Source of the DNA: Felis catus
Taxonomy: Eukaryota
NCBI RefSeq assembly: GCF_018350175.1
Contig: NC_058368.1
Coordinates: 159,156,001-159,220,000 of the forward strand
Length of the DNA stretch: 64,000 nt
Direction: 5' to 3'
The translations under genes and the position numbers were made by a program. The notes under the pieces are model-generated. The model was not told the DNA's origin. It saw only the letters and a program-made list of their open reading frames with translations, and searched no databases. Position 1 is the stretch's first letter, and every line of letters begins with the position of its first letter. Below are positions 38,229 through 51,030 of this stretch, in pieces.

Positions 38229-38784
38229 TGTTTTGGTTACATTATTTCTGCGTAATAAATTACCCCAAAACTTATTACCCTGAAACAACAACAGTTTTAT
38301 CTTACTCCCAAGTCTGAGTGTCAGATATATGAGAGTGACTCACCTGTGCCTCAGAGTTTGAGGAACTTCACTTGGAATAGCTCAAAGAACTGTGCACTCG
38401 ATGGGATTGCTTACTTGGGGTCATAAGAGTATGGCCTTAGTTCTTGTAGTTAGCTGAGGTTTCTCACTTTCCTGGCCTTAGATGATGGCTGTGCTGGCTG
38501 GAAGAGCTAAGAAGGCTTCTGTCACATGTCTAGTGACCCCGTGCTTTTCCATGTGGCCCTTTTCTCACTCTGTGTAGCTATGGTGGGCTGCTCACAGTGT
38601 GGCAGTCTTAGGGTGGTTGGGTTTCCCACATGGTGACTGGCTTCCAAGAGGGAAGAGGCAGAAGCCATCAATCCTATTAAAGATTAGGCTGGAAGTGGCA
38701 TAATGTCACCTTTATCATATTCTGCAGGTAGAGCCAGATTCAGTGAGCCAGATTCTGGATGGTAGGGGTGGTCAAGAATTTGCA
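38229..38784 (-). mobile_element. Old MaLR (MLT1-type) solo LTR
   Basis: ctgcgtaataaattaccccaaaactta...aaacaac start; tggcttccaagagggaagaggcagaagc; gcagccttctttaatttgccaca end. Confidence 0.7.
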
Positions 38785-39147
38785 GCCTTCTTTAATTTGC
38801 CACAGTAACCACTACTGATTATTTCCCTACAGGCAGAAGATTTGTTTGAATGTTGTCATCGATGTGGGTATATGCTCCTTTTTTGTTATTGGCAAGATTA
38901 AATTTCCAGATTTTTTTTCCAAAAGGGTGTCAAACCAGAATCAGGGTACACGTAATATTCAGAAGGCCAATCACCAAGTCTTGCTTGCTTACAAAATTGC
39001 CTACAATAGCTCAGTATAGGCACCTGAATATAAAGGACTTTCTGCATCAGAAACTAGTACTTTGACCTCTAATTAGAGGCCATTTCATTGGAAAAATTAT
39101 AGAGTCTCATTGTTGATGGATAAAGAATTAATCTTGTAGAAACCCAT

Positions 39148-39546
39148 AGTATTAGTTTGCTGGCGATGTGATAAAGAGATATGACAACTGGGTGGTTTAA
39201 ACATCAGAAATTTATTTTCTCATAATTCTGGAAGCTAAAAACCTGAAATCAAGGTATGGGTAGGATTGAGGGACATGAAGAGAGAATTTGTTGCAGACCT
39301 CTATCTTTGGCTTGTAGATGGCCATCCTCTTTCTGTGTCATCACATTATTTTCCTTCCGTCTCTTAAAATGTCCTGTTCCTGCATGGATATACCAGTCAT
39401 ATTAGATTAGCACCCCCACCATGACCTCTTTTTAACTTTATTATCTCTTTGAACACCTTATCTCTAAATACAATCAATTTTGAGGTACTGGGGACTAGGA
39501 TTTCAATATAAGAATTTTTATGGGGGACAGAATTCAACCCATAATA
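39148..39546 (-). mobile_element. MaLR (MLT1A-like) solo LTR
   Basis: gtattagtttgct...ctgggtggtttaaacatcagaaatttattttctca...tgaggtactggggactagga...aattcaacccataa. Confidence 0.85.
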
Positions 39547-40211
39547 CCCAGATACATCGCACTATCTCTTCCAAGCCCCCATGACTATGCCCAGCACTTC
39601 AACCTCAAATTGGCTACTTGAGAGAGAAAGAAGGATAGAAACAGGCAGACAGGAAGCCACACACAGAGGGAGAGGGGGAGAGAGAGAGACAGAGAGAATG
39701 AGAATTTAAATTATATGCCCTAGAAAGACCTCACAAAACTGCAGTAAATCTTAACACATCGCTCCACTAAGCGATGTGTTGTTTTTTTTTTCCTAAAGCA
39801 CTGCTATTTGTTATGAAGGTTGGAAGGAAATTCTCTTTTTATTTTCTTTTCAGTCCATTCAACCTAATTAAAATCAGTGTGACATGTTGCACCATTGTTT
39901 CTCTGTGAACCACTTATAGTATGTTGCCAATTTTGTTTTGTTTTTGTTTTTGTTTTAATTTTCTGGGCTTTTTTTTGCTAGTGAATCATTTATTTTCCTA
40001 TTATAGAGTGGCTCAGCTGTGCTTCATTGCACACTGAAAGTATTGCCCGACAAGTGATTGTCCAACAGTCACCAAGCAGTGCTTGTGTAGGATTGCAGGG
40101 GATGATCACAGCACACATAAGCCGACTTACATGCCGTAAGTTTGCCCTGCGAACTCACTGTCAGATCTCTCATAGGTCTTGACACAGGAAAAAATCAGAA
40201 TGATACAGAGA

Positions 40212-41010
40212 TACACCCTCCCTTCTGGTAACCATCAGTTTATTCTCTTTAGTTAAGAGTCATTCTTGGTTTGCCTCTCTCTCTTCTTTCCCCTTGGCTT
40301 ATTTGTTTTCTTTCTTAAATCCTACATATGAGTGGAATCATATGGTATTTGATTTTCTCTGACTGACTTACTTTACTTAGCATTATACTCTTTAGCTCCA
40401 TCCATGTTGTTGCAAATGACAAAATTTGATTCCTTTTTTTTATGGCTGAATCATATTGCATTGTATGTATGTACTGCCTCTTCTTTATTCATCAGTTGAT
40501 GGACACTTGGGCTGCTTCTGTATCTTGGCTATTGTAAATAATGCTGCTATAAACATAGGGTTACCTATGTTCCTTTGAATTAGTATTTTTGTATTCTTTA
40601 GCTAAATACCTGGTAGTGGTATTGCCAAATCATAAGGTGGTTCTTTTTTTTAACTTTTTGAGGAACCTCCAAACTGGCTGACCAGTTGGCATTCCCACCA
40701 ACAGTGCAAGAGGGTTCCTTTTTCTCCACATCCCTGCCAACACATGTTGTTTCCTCTGTTGTTGATTTTAGCCACTCAGACATTTGTGAGATGATATCTC
40801 ACTATAGTTTTGATTTGTATTTCACTGATGGTAAGTGATGATAAACATCTTTTCATGTGTCTTTTGGCTATCAGTATGTTTTCTTTGGAAAAATGTCTGT
40901 TGTCTTCTGTACATTTTTTAAATTGGATTATTTATTTTTGGGGTGTTAAGTTTTGTAAGATATATATATTTGGATACTAAGCCTTTATCAGATATGTCAT
41001 TTGCAAATAC
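40212..41010 (-). mobile_element. Older carnivore L1 3' fragment
   Basis: Homologous to about 7090-7950 of the young L1 (catatgagtggaatcatatggtattt; aacagtgcaagagggttcc). Confidence 0.9.
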
Positions 41011-43559
41011 TTGTTTATCAGTTTCTTAATGTGAAAGAGAGTATGCTTCCAATTTACTGCAAACACCTATAGCATTATTTACTTATTTAGAAGAATAAAA
41101 ATTTACACTATTTTTGCTAGTCTTTCCAGTTCTTGATTCCAAGATCTACCAATAAATTCTGAACTCATTGGGAACTGAATGAATGTACTTTTAACACATA
41201 TTAAATGGGGGTGCTGCATCTACTTAAGTGAAGCTACCGCTCCAATATCAATAGGACATCCATTTAAATTTTTTTCTTAATTGAGAATGAATTTTTCTCT
41301 TTTGCTCACATTCTAGACCTTTAAGCTATCTGCAGCAACAATACATGTGCTAAATAGATGCTAGGATGAGGAGTGGAGGGTGATGCTCACTGGTTAAAGT
41401 GACTATTGAGTACCTGACTTAACCTCAGGTTGTGGCACTGCCCTAATAATGACTATAGGGCTGAGGTGTTTGAATATGGCTCTAGGTTTAATTTTCTAAG
41501 TGGTATTGCTTTCCAATTTGAGAAATTATTTGCAATGAATATAATTTTAGAATACAGAAACTCTAAGTATATGGTAATTGTAGGAGGATTAGAAAATAAA
41601 ATTTACTAGAAGAAAATACTCTAAATTTTAATTTTATTAATAAACAGCATGACTGATAAGGCATAAGTTTTAAAAAGTCAGGGAGAAATAAATATATTTT
41701 GACAACCAGGTTTTCAACAGAAGGAGACTGAGAATTGAAAACCCCCCATCAGAGTAGGTTGGGCTTACAAACCTTAAAATAATAATTTCAGAGCAGATAG
41801 GGACAGATTGACACCCTGAAAATCTTGCAGAATTAATCTTTCGTGACAGTATTTGAAGGCTGCTGTCACTATCATTCCTTTAGCAAATAGTCACTGAGCT
41901 GTGACAAGCACAGTGCTTGGGGCTGTGAATAATGCAGTGCTGTGTAAGATAGACTCTGACATCAAGTCCATGGTTTGTGTCACTTATTCGACAGGCATTT
42001 ATTGAGCACTACCTATACAGCAGGCACTGTGCTAAGTATGCCCTGAGGATTAAATGGAAGATTGTGATACAGTCTTGTCCTGATGGATTTACTGCTTCAC
42101 CAGCCAATTTCTAGGAATTCTGGAACCAGGTTTGTATTAACCCAAAGAAGATAATAGCTAATTGAATAGAAATTATCTGTATTCTTATTTCTCAGCCAGG
42201 TAACCCATGTCTTCTTTCCCACCTTCCTTCTATATTCTTAGCTTATACTTTGCCCAGTTTTTATAATGGTATTCCTTCTGGGTCCTGTATTTTGGAACCT
42301 CCTCTTATGTACTGGTGTTTCCTATACTGAGCTGAACTTTTTAACTAATTCTTCTATATTTTGACCAGTTTTCTCAGCTATATTCCATAACTGCTTCTCA
42401 ATCTGTGCTTGCTTTGGCCTCTCATCTGTATGTGTTAGAACTCTTGTCTGCTGCCTGAAAACTTTTTGTTTTTCAAAAACCCCCATTTTGATATATGATA
42501 TTCCACATAGTTGCAGTACTAGTATGAGGAATATTTATCATCTGATCTTGAGAAATGGCTAAAATCTTTACTGAATATGTACTTTTAATTTTGGCGCATT
42601 AAAATAAGTATGGTGTTTTAGCATATTAAAAGAAGGGAAACACATATGGCAACAGAGAAATTAATTTAATTCTAATAACTTTTCCTAGGTTACTTGAAGA
42701 ACTGTAAATCAAAATTGAGTTAACATATTTGTGTTTCTGTTTACCTTACAGGACTTAGTTAGGAGATTTTAAGAAAATTGTATACAGATATCTTTTATAT
42801 TTGGACAAATATAGAGTCTGGGTTTTTCAGATTCTGTCTTTATGAGACCTACATTTCTACAAAATACCTTTCCCTGGGTCTGATTTTAAATAAAATTAAT
42901 AAAACTAGTTTAAAATGGAGACAATCACCTAAGAAATTATTTCTTTTGTCTTTATGATGTTGGAATCAATTTAACTACTCTCTCTACCATATAGTTCTTC
43001 TCTCTACTCTGTTGCCACAATTTGTATCAAACTGAGTTAATTATTCATTTTTTATAAAAATGAAAGTATATAAAATTTTAATTTAATATCAACAACAGGA
43101 TAAGCAGGATTGATTGCTCATTCATTTGAAAATGAGTTTACCATACTTATATTTCAGATTCATGATCTGGCCTTCCGGATCGCCTTCATTTTTACATTAA
43201 GGACTTTATTAGCAGTCTCTGGGCTATTAGAACCATGCCTTCATGGACAAACATAATTCTGGAAAAGCATTAACAAATCATCATCCAACCTTGATAGATT
43301 TTCGTTTATGCTCTGTTATCATATGAACCAGTGTTTCACTTGTTCAGAAAATTATTTAGTCTCTGAAAAATTTAATATATCTTTGTTATGCCTTTAAGGA
43401 TTCACTTAGTTCAATAACGTTTGAAAATACTAGTGATAAGTAATAGGCTATAGACTTTTGCAGCAAGCTTCCATGTATTATAACATAGCATTTGGCTGCA
43501 ACTGATTTGTCAAAGAACCCAAAGGTAATGTGGGTCTACACTATCTGCTTGAGGTAGAA

Positions 43560-43980
43560 GTGTAAGGGGCAAGTAGGCACTGAGTCCACTGTGCCAAGGT
43601 ATTGTTTTAGACACTACTAATACAGTGATGAACAAAACAGATAATAATCTATACTAATGAGAGAAGATAGAAAAATTAAGATAGATACATAAACTGAATG
43701 AATGAATGAACAAATGAATAGTTGGTATGTCAGTGATAAGTGCTAACAATACAAATTTTGTGAGGGTGATCACTAGGGAGTATGGAAATTACCTTAAAAT
43801 TTCAAATCAAATGACAAAGGAAGGCCATACTGTAAAAGTGATATTTCATTAAACAAGGAAAGAGGGTGAGGATCTAGCTGAGAAAAATGTTTCTGGTATA
43901 CAAAAGAGGAAATTCAAAGACTTTGGGGCAAGAGTAGATCTACAGTGTATAAAGAAGAGTAGGATGTCGATGTGATGAAT
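43560..43980 (-). mobile_element. L2 fragment
   Basis: ctgtgccaaggtattgttttagacact...cagtgatgaacaaaacag...ggaaggcc. Confidence 0.55.
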
Positions 43981-44251
43981 TTTGTTAATCTCACAGATGC
44001 CAAATTCCCACTTGGAGAGTTAATTACAAGAATATATGACTAAAACTTCTTTGAAGTATATAAAAAATGTTTTGTGAGTACTCAGAGCCATTAATGCCAA
44101 CTATTCACTTATTTCATTAATTTCATGTGTAGATCTACTTTTTTAAATCATAAGGATATTTGTATATGATTATATATGTGTAAACTATTTGGAAAGAGTT
44201 TTCTTATGGCAGGCACAATTCTGGAGGAGACTTGAAAGTAAAGACAGTTTT

Positions 44252-44465
44252 GGGGTGCCTTGGTAGCCCAGTGAGTTGGGCATCTGACTTCTCCTCAGGT
44301 CATGATTTTGTGGTCTCTGGATTTGAGCCCTGCATCAGGCTCTGTGCTGACAGCTCAGAGCCTGGAGCCTGCTTTGTATTCTGTGTCTCCCTCTCTCTCT
44401 GCCCTTCCCCAGCTCATGCTCTGTCTCTCCCTCCCTCTCTTTCTCTCTCTCTCAAGAAAAAAAAA
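44252..44465 (+). mobile_element. CAN-SINE
   Basis: ggggtgccttggtagcccagtgagttgggcatc head, CT block, A tail. Confidence 0.92.
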
Positions 44466-44814
44466 GTTGAAGTGGATTTTGTATTAAAAGTATAAATCTG
44501 AGAATTTAACAATCACAAGATGATGAAGAAAAAACTCAATGGTAAATTCTAATATTTTCACTGTTAGAAATACATTTTTTGTAGGTCAGAGATATTTTAA
44601 ATATTTGATTATGTGATATTTTCCCTAAGCCTCTTTTCCATTTTGTTTAAATCATAATATTCTATAAATCAGAGCTAAGAGTCTCTCTCTATATGTATAT
44701 GTGTGTATATATACATATATATATATGATATATGTATCATAAATATATAATATGGATTTTATATACAAGTATTAGTATTCATGCATGTGCAGCATAAGAT
44801 ATATGATAATAATT

Positions 44815-45020
44815 AAAATAACTATTATTATTGAGTGCCAGGCGCCATTCTATGTATTTCATATCTGCTATATCATTTGTTTATCATAATGCCCATAAGT
44901 AACACATTATTGTTATCCCTATTTTGTAGAAAAAGAAACTGAGGCTCAAAGAGGCTGTATGCTTGGCAAAAGTTATCTAGTCTATAAATGAAGGACAGAA
45001 TTTTGTTCTAAGAGAGTCTA
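44815..45020 (-). mobile_element. MIR fragment
   Basis: tattgagtgccaggc...ttatccctattttgtagaaaaagaaactgaggctcaaagagg. Confidence 0.7.
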
Positions 45021-45889
45021 AACAAGGGCCTAGTGAGGGAATCAGGATGTATCTGGTCACTACACCTAAAAAAAGTGGAGTAGTTTGCTGTTATTAGAAC
45101 CAAAACTGGAAATGGAATGAAAAGGAGTGTAAACACCTGAAAAACTCACCTAATCTGATCTCATTGTACATAATAACAAGGTTCTTTAGATAGGTGGAAG
45201 ATTAAGACTCTAGATCTTACAGACTATAGACCATGAAAGGTGATTCCTAGAACCAAGAATTACTAAAAGTGATCTATAGTCAACTGATGAACTGATTATA
45301 ATAGTTAATAGACTGACAAACCTATAAACATACGTAGTATTTTAAATTTTTTATAATTCTTGGTTGTGTGTGATATACTATTTGAGGGCAAATTTTTTAT
45401 TACGAAGACATTTAAAAATGAATTTTTAAATTTTGATTTTCTTAGTATTTCCAGAGTAGGAGTAAGTTTTGTTTTATTTTGTTTTGTTTAAGCTAGCAGA
45501 AAATAATTGATTGACTGAAAAAAGTTATGTTATGTTTTACAAGAAGATACTGAACCAAAAAACATTTTCAGGTTTTTAGACTAAGTTGGAAATTCACAAA
45601 ATTATTAGTATTCATGGACTTTGTTTTACAAATTTTCCTCTCTGTTTGAATGTATTTTTTTCTTTTGTTTTCATTTGCTATCTCATTCCAAATTTATTTA
45701 CTGGAAGCAATAATAACTATCCCACCTTAAAAAATGTAAAAATTGTGTAAAATTGATCAATATGCAATAAATCCCCTTCTACTGGGTTATGACTAGCTGC
45801 ATAGCCAAAGAGCAGTTCTGAATTTTAAATAATCAAATACTGGTTTTGAAATGAAAGAACACAACTTTGCAAATTAATTGTCTCCATAG

Positions 45890-46095
45890 CCAACCTGGGT
45901 GACTCAGTTAAGCCTCGCACTCTTGGTTTTGGCTCAGGTCCTGATCTCAGGGGTTGTGGGTTCAAGCCTCCCATTGGGCTTTGCGCAAACAGCGTGGGAT
46001 TATCTCTTTCCCTCTCTGTCTGCCCATGTCCTGCTCTTGTGCATGCACGTGCTCACGCTACGCCTCTTTCTCTCAAAATTAAAAAAAAAAAAAAA
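45890..46095 (+). mobile_element. CAN-SINE, older subfamily
   Basis: cctgggtgactcagttaagc...ggctcaggtcctgatctcaggg, poly(A); tctcca on both sides. Confidence 0.85.
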
Positions 46096-48499
46096 GGAAT
46101 TTTCTCCAAATATAATTTAATTATAAGTTAAATGGTGTACGGGTGCAAAATAATATTTTGGGCTCCAGATACACTCTTTAAAATCTTTAATAAGCTATCC
46201 CAGATCTGGTTAGAGACTGCTCTTCACTAGGGTATATTGTGATCTCAGGACCTCCTTCTACATTAACACATCAATGAGTCAGTTGTTTCACATTCATCCA
46301 AAGTGAATGAAAAAATTTAATCCTCCTAACTTCTAGATAATTTAGTGTATTAGAAGAACTCAAGCTATTACAAGAAAGATGATTGCTTTGTATTGTGTTG
46401 GGAGGAACTCATTGATTATTCACTGCCAGTTTCTTCTATGCTGTTTATTTTTCACATTCATACTCTTTTCAAGAATAATTCCAAGCATATTTTTATAGTA
46501 AACTAGGAGAAAACCAAGAAAACCCCCCATGCTTGCAAGTCAACCAGCCAATTAAATTGCTACAAAGGCGAGGGACTCAATGTAAATTAAAACCAGAGTG
46601 CGTATTGTGGAAGAACCAAGTCTTTTGAGTAGCGGGAAATGAAAGACTGCATATGGGAAAATTGTTCACTGCAGGCCCTTCTTTAAAATAATTTAATTTG
46701 AAAGTAACAATTGGTAATTTATATTTCTACCTTTGAACTGGCTAGCTATACATTTTTTTTATATGTTTGGTCTTCATCCATGGAGAGTTTTAAATCTGAT
46801 AATTAAGTCCCATCTCTTTTTAGCTTTTAAACCAGAGCTAATAATATTTTGTTGTTGTTGCTTTGAGGTGGAGAAAATACTGTCACTCAAAACAAAAGAT
46901 AAATCAATTATTTGATTCTCTGTTCTTTCCCTTTTAGTTTGCCAGCAGCTATATGGGACATATTTTATTATTTTATTCTGATTGCACAAAACATTTTTGT
47001 TACCAAATGACAGTTTTACTCAGTATTATTAGAGGAAAGCTTATAGAGTACGTACATTCTATTCTTTTTATTAAAGTAGGTGCACTGTGGAACTTCTTTT
47101 ATGGTATATTTAGAAGATGTGGGATACATACTTTGTAATAAATAGAGCACAGTTATAAACTTTATGGTGTCGTAGCAGAATTTGAAATAAAACCTAAATG
47201 ATAGGGTATCTTTTTCTTCATATTTGCTTCACCAAAAGTATGTCAGTTCTATATTGATTATCCAAGGCTTGCTTGATTTGTTACAACATTGTTCTCAGAT
47301 TTACTTATTTTCATTTAAGTATCAAAGATAGATTTAGTTAAACAGCATTAGTATCAAATACACACATTAGTATCAAAATACACACATGCATGTTTCTAGT
47401 TGTGGTTTGAATTGGGAATCAAATATGTCTGGGAATTTGATATTTATTTCAAATAAATTTCAATAAATTTCAAATAAATTCAAATTTATTATAATGTTGC
47501 TCAGCACTTTTTCTGCAAATAGATTATCATCAGGCTATTTTTGAAGAAAAAGCACTGTTTGCAAAAGTTAATATGAAATTAATCTGAGAAAGGAGTTGAA
47601 ACCAAAGATCATAATTATTGTTGCAGGTGATAGCAAAACAATTTTCACATCGAACTTTGGAGGCCATTTCTACAAAGCTTCCATTGCCCAGATTATTTAC
47701 ACTCAGGGGCCAAAATTTTAAAAATAGTAATAATTAATTAATAAAATCAGGCATTACCAGTTTATTGAATAAAAAAAAAACTTTGGTTATAGCTATGTAG
47801 TTAGTGTTCACAAATATGGCTCAACGTGGTCTGATAACTTTTAGAGATCACCTTCTAGCATCCCTTTTTTCTTCATACTCTTCTGCGCGTAGACTTTGCT
47901 CCTTTTGTCTAGTGCATACAGAGACTTTATGTATGCCATTTGTTTACCTTGGTATACCTTTTCTCATTTCTCTTTCTCAGACAAAATTCTTTTTTTTTTG
48001 ATACCTTATCCTCAAGTTTCCTTTATGCTTGGGAGACTCTTATAAACATTTTGTAGTGTTAATCAGGAAGTATTGCAGTCATATGTCCTATCTTCTCTCT
48101 CATTCTTCTTCTCTTCTCTTCATTTATGAATTGATCAGGAGCATACCAGATATTTATAAGTGCTCAATAAATGCTAATATGTCTAAACTGAAAATGACTA
48201 GTGTCCTTATGATAAATCAATGTACTTAACCACATAGCTTCTTACTTCTGAAGCTCTTTTAACGTTGTCTCTCCATAGAGTCTTGTTCTGATGATTATTT
48301 AAATATAATATGCAAATCATGACTTTTACCAAATTCAAAATTATTTTAATTCATGTAGAAACTCTAGATCAAAGCAAGAAAATGGCTCTGCATATGATCA
48401 AAGAATTCCTGTTTTGTTTTAGCATGGAAAGCTATATATGGATGCATAGAGAAGCTGCCAGCTAAACAGCCTTTAAGTGCCTTAAATAGGTCCATAGAT

Positions 48500-48948
48500 G
48501 ATATATTTGAGTTAAATAATGCCTCCCCACTCCCTCCCAACTTCATGTCAGCCTGGAACCTGTGAATGTAACCTTATTTATAAATAGGGTTTTTGTATAT
48601 AAAACCAAGTTAAGATGAGGTTGCACTGGATTTGGGTGGGCCTTAAACTCAATATGGAAGTGTCCTTATAATGAGGGCAATTTGGAAAAAGGGACATAGA
48701 CACACAGAGAAGAAAGCCATATGAAGATGGAGACAGAGACTAAAGTGACGGACCTACAAAATAAGTAATGCCAAAGATTGCTTGAAACCATCAGAAACTA
48801 TAAAAGACAAGGAAGGATTCTTACAGCTGGCTATGTTGACATTTTTATTCCAAACTTCTAGCCTCCAAGCTGTGAAAGAATAAATTTCTGTTGTTTTAAT
48901 CCATGTAGTTTGTGGTATTTTGTTATGACAGCCCTGGTAAATGAATAG
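48500..48948 (+). mobile_element. MaLR (MLT1C-like) solo LTR
   Basis: ggaacctgtgaatgtaaccttattt...aagttaagatgagg; aataaatttctgttgttttaa...tttgtggtattttgttatgacagccc. Confidence 0.85.
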
Positions 48949-49329
48949 ATAGCCTGCACTTATTGATAAAGAAATGTTGTTTATATCAATATAGCACTTA
49001 TTAATTTGTATGATGGACGTAATGGTAGACATTAGGAATACATTATTGAAGGCTTTCAAAAACCATAGAAGAGATGGACATATCAACAAAAATGTCAGTG
49101 TCACATTGGCAGGTTCTATTGGTTACCCATCCATCAGCTATTTGCTCTTGCTTTCTGCCTTTGAATATATTTGTATAAGCAAATTCAGTTTGGCATTATG
49201 TCAGCCATCTAAAGAGAATTACAGAAAAACTGACCAAGATACCTGAAACACTAAGCCACCAGTCAAATCTGACGAAGCATCTTGCTAATCATCTTATGAG
49301 AGATAATGAACTCTATTGAATGAACCATA

Positions 49330-50070
49330 TTTAGTTGGATTCTTTGATAATCACAGCTCAAATATTCTACTGAATACATTGAAATATGTACAAGAGTTTT
49401 AGAACCATAAAAAAAGGAGTTCTTGTCCAAAACTGGAGAATCAGGCAAGGTTTCAGTAAAGATGAAAAGATGTGTAGAAGTTAACTGGATCAAGAAATAT
49501 GAGAATATCCTCCTGGGAAAAAATAATAGATGATAAAGACAGAAAGCTATAAAAAGATCATGGTGGCCAGCCATAAGTTTTTTTCACATTACTATAAACA
49601 TAGAAGTAGGCTAGTTGGGAGGTTCAAGTCATGGAAACTTTATATGCCCTAATAAGGTCATTGAACTTTATTCTGTAAGCAAAGCGAACCTACTGGAATG
49701 TTTTAAGCAAAGTGTTTTGAGTTTAATTAAGTTACAGTTAGATACTTCTGTTTATATTATACACTTTAAATTTATATTACAAGACTAGAATCATAGGAAT
49801 TTCTGTAATAGTTCAGGCAAGAGATGATAAGGACATAAATCATAACTGGTAATGAGAATATTAAGGAAGGGACATTTTCAAGAAATAGTTGGGAAGTAAA
49901 CTGAGGTACATGTTTGTTGGATGTGGAGATAAGGAAAATAAAAATATTTATGATCATTCTCAGGTTTCTGGCTTGAGGAGATGGTGGATACAGAATACAG
50001 GAAAAAGAACTAGTTGTTATTTTAGGAGGTGATAATTTACTTTTCAAACGCTGAGCACCTGTGTTCCTAC
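49330..50070 (-). mobile_element. L2 fragment
   Basis: ggagaatcaggcaaggtttc...gaactttattctgtaagc...ctactggaatgttttaagc...ctcaggtttctggcttg. Confidence 0.55.
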
Positions 50071-50269
50071 TATAATACATACAGAATATAACTCAAATTT
50101 TCTTAATGACTCGTAATGTGAATATAAATTATTGGGGGAGTGTTAGTATTTATAAACCTGGGCCTGAATTGATATGATACTTTTCTGTAACAGGTATGTT
50201 ATTATTTAAATTGTGCTACATGGTTTTCATTGTTACTCTTTATCCTTCATTGTTTTGAAGCTATGGGTT

Positions 50270-51030
50270 ATCAATTGATTCATCCCTTCAATTATATATT
50301 TAATCCATGGTGTGTTAGGCATTGTTTTAGACTGGCAGGGTAAAATGCTGAGCAAGACAGTCTCTTTTCTCAGTGGCTTTATATTGTGTTGAATAAGGAC
50401 AGACAATAAACAACCAAAAACATATATTAAGATAATTGCACACAGTAATAAGTGTTTTAAAGGAAATGAAATGGAAATGGAAAGGGATTGGACCAACAGA
50501 GAGTAAAGTAGTAAGAGAAATTACCTTTCAAGAGGAACTTTTTAGGTGAAACTTAACAAGATGACAAGTTGCTGATGTTGCTAACCTCTGAGAGATGGCA
50601 TTTCAGAGACAGAAGCCAATCAGAGGAAAGATGAAGAGGAGGAAGTAGGTTTTCTGAATTTGAAGAACTTAGAGATTGTTGAAGCCCTGTGATCAATAGG
50701 TTTGGGGTTGTAAGAGTGGAAGGTAGAGTGTTGGACATGACACACACCATAGAGACCTTGTAGGCTGTCATGAGATGAGTATTACTCCAGTTGCAATGAA
50801 AAAGCATTGAAGTAATTGAAGCATGGGGATGACATAATCACTTTTGTACTTTAAAAAGACAATTCAGGCTGCTCTGTGGAGAATGGTAGGTATGGAAATA
50901 AAAGTAGAAGGAAGGAGAGCATTTAGGCAGTTAGACACTGTGCTAGTCTGGGCGAAAACGTAACACTAGGAGGGAAGAGAAGTAGATGAATCAAGCATGT
51001 ATTTTGTAGGCAAAACTGACAGAACCTATT
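50270..51030 (-). mobile_element. L2 fragment
   Basis: tgtgttaggcattgttttag...gaccttgtaggc...agcattgaag...caggctgctctgtggagaat. Confidence 0.6.

Noticed and set aside
43158..43256. Acceptor-like tttcag followed by a 32-codon open frame with CpGs
   Set aside because: Weak polypyrimidine tract, no donor before the stop and an unrecognised peptide
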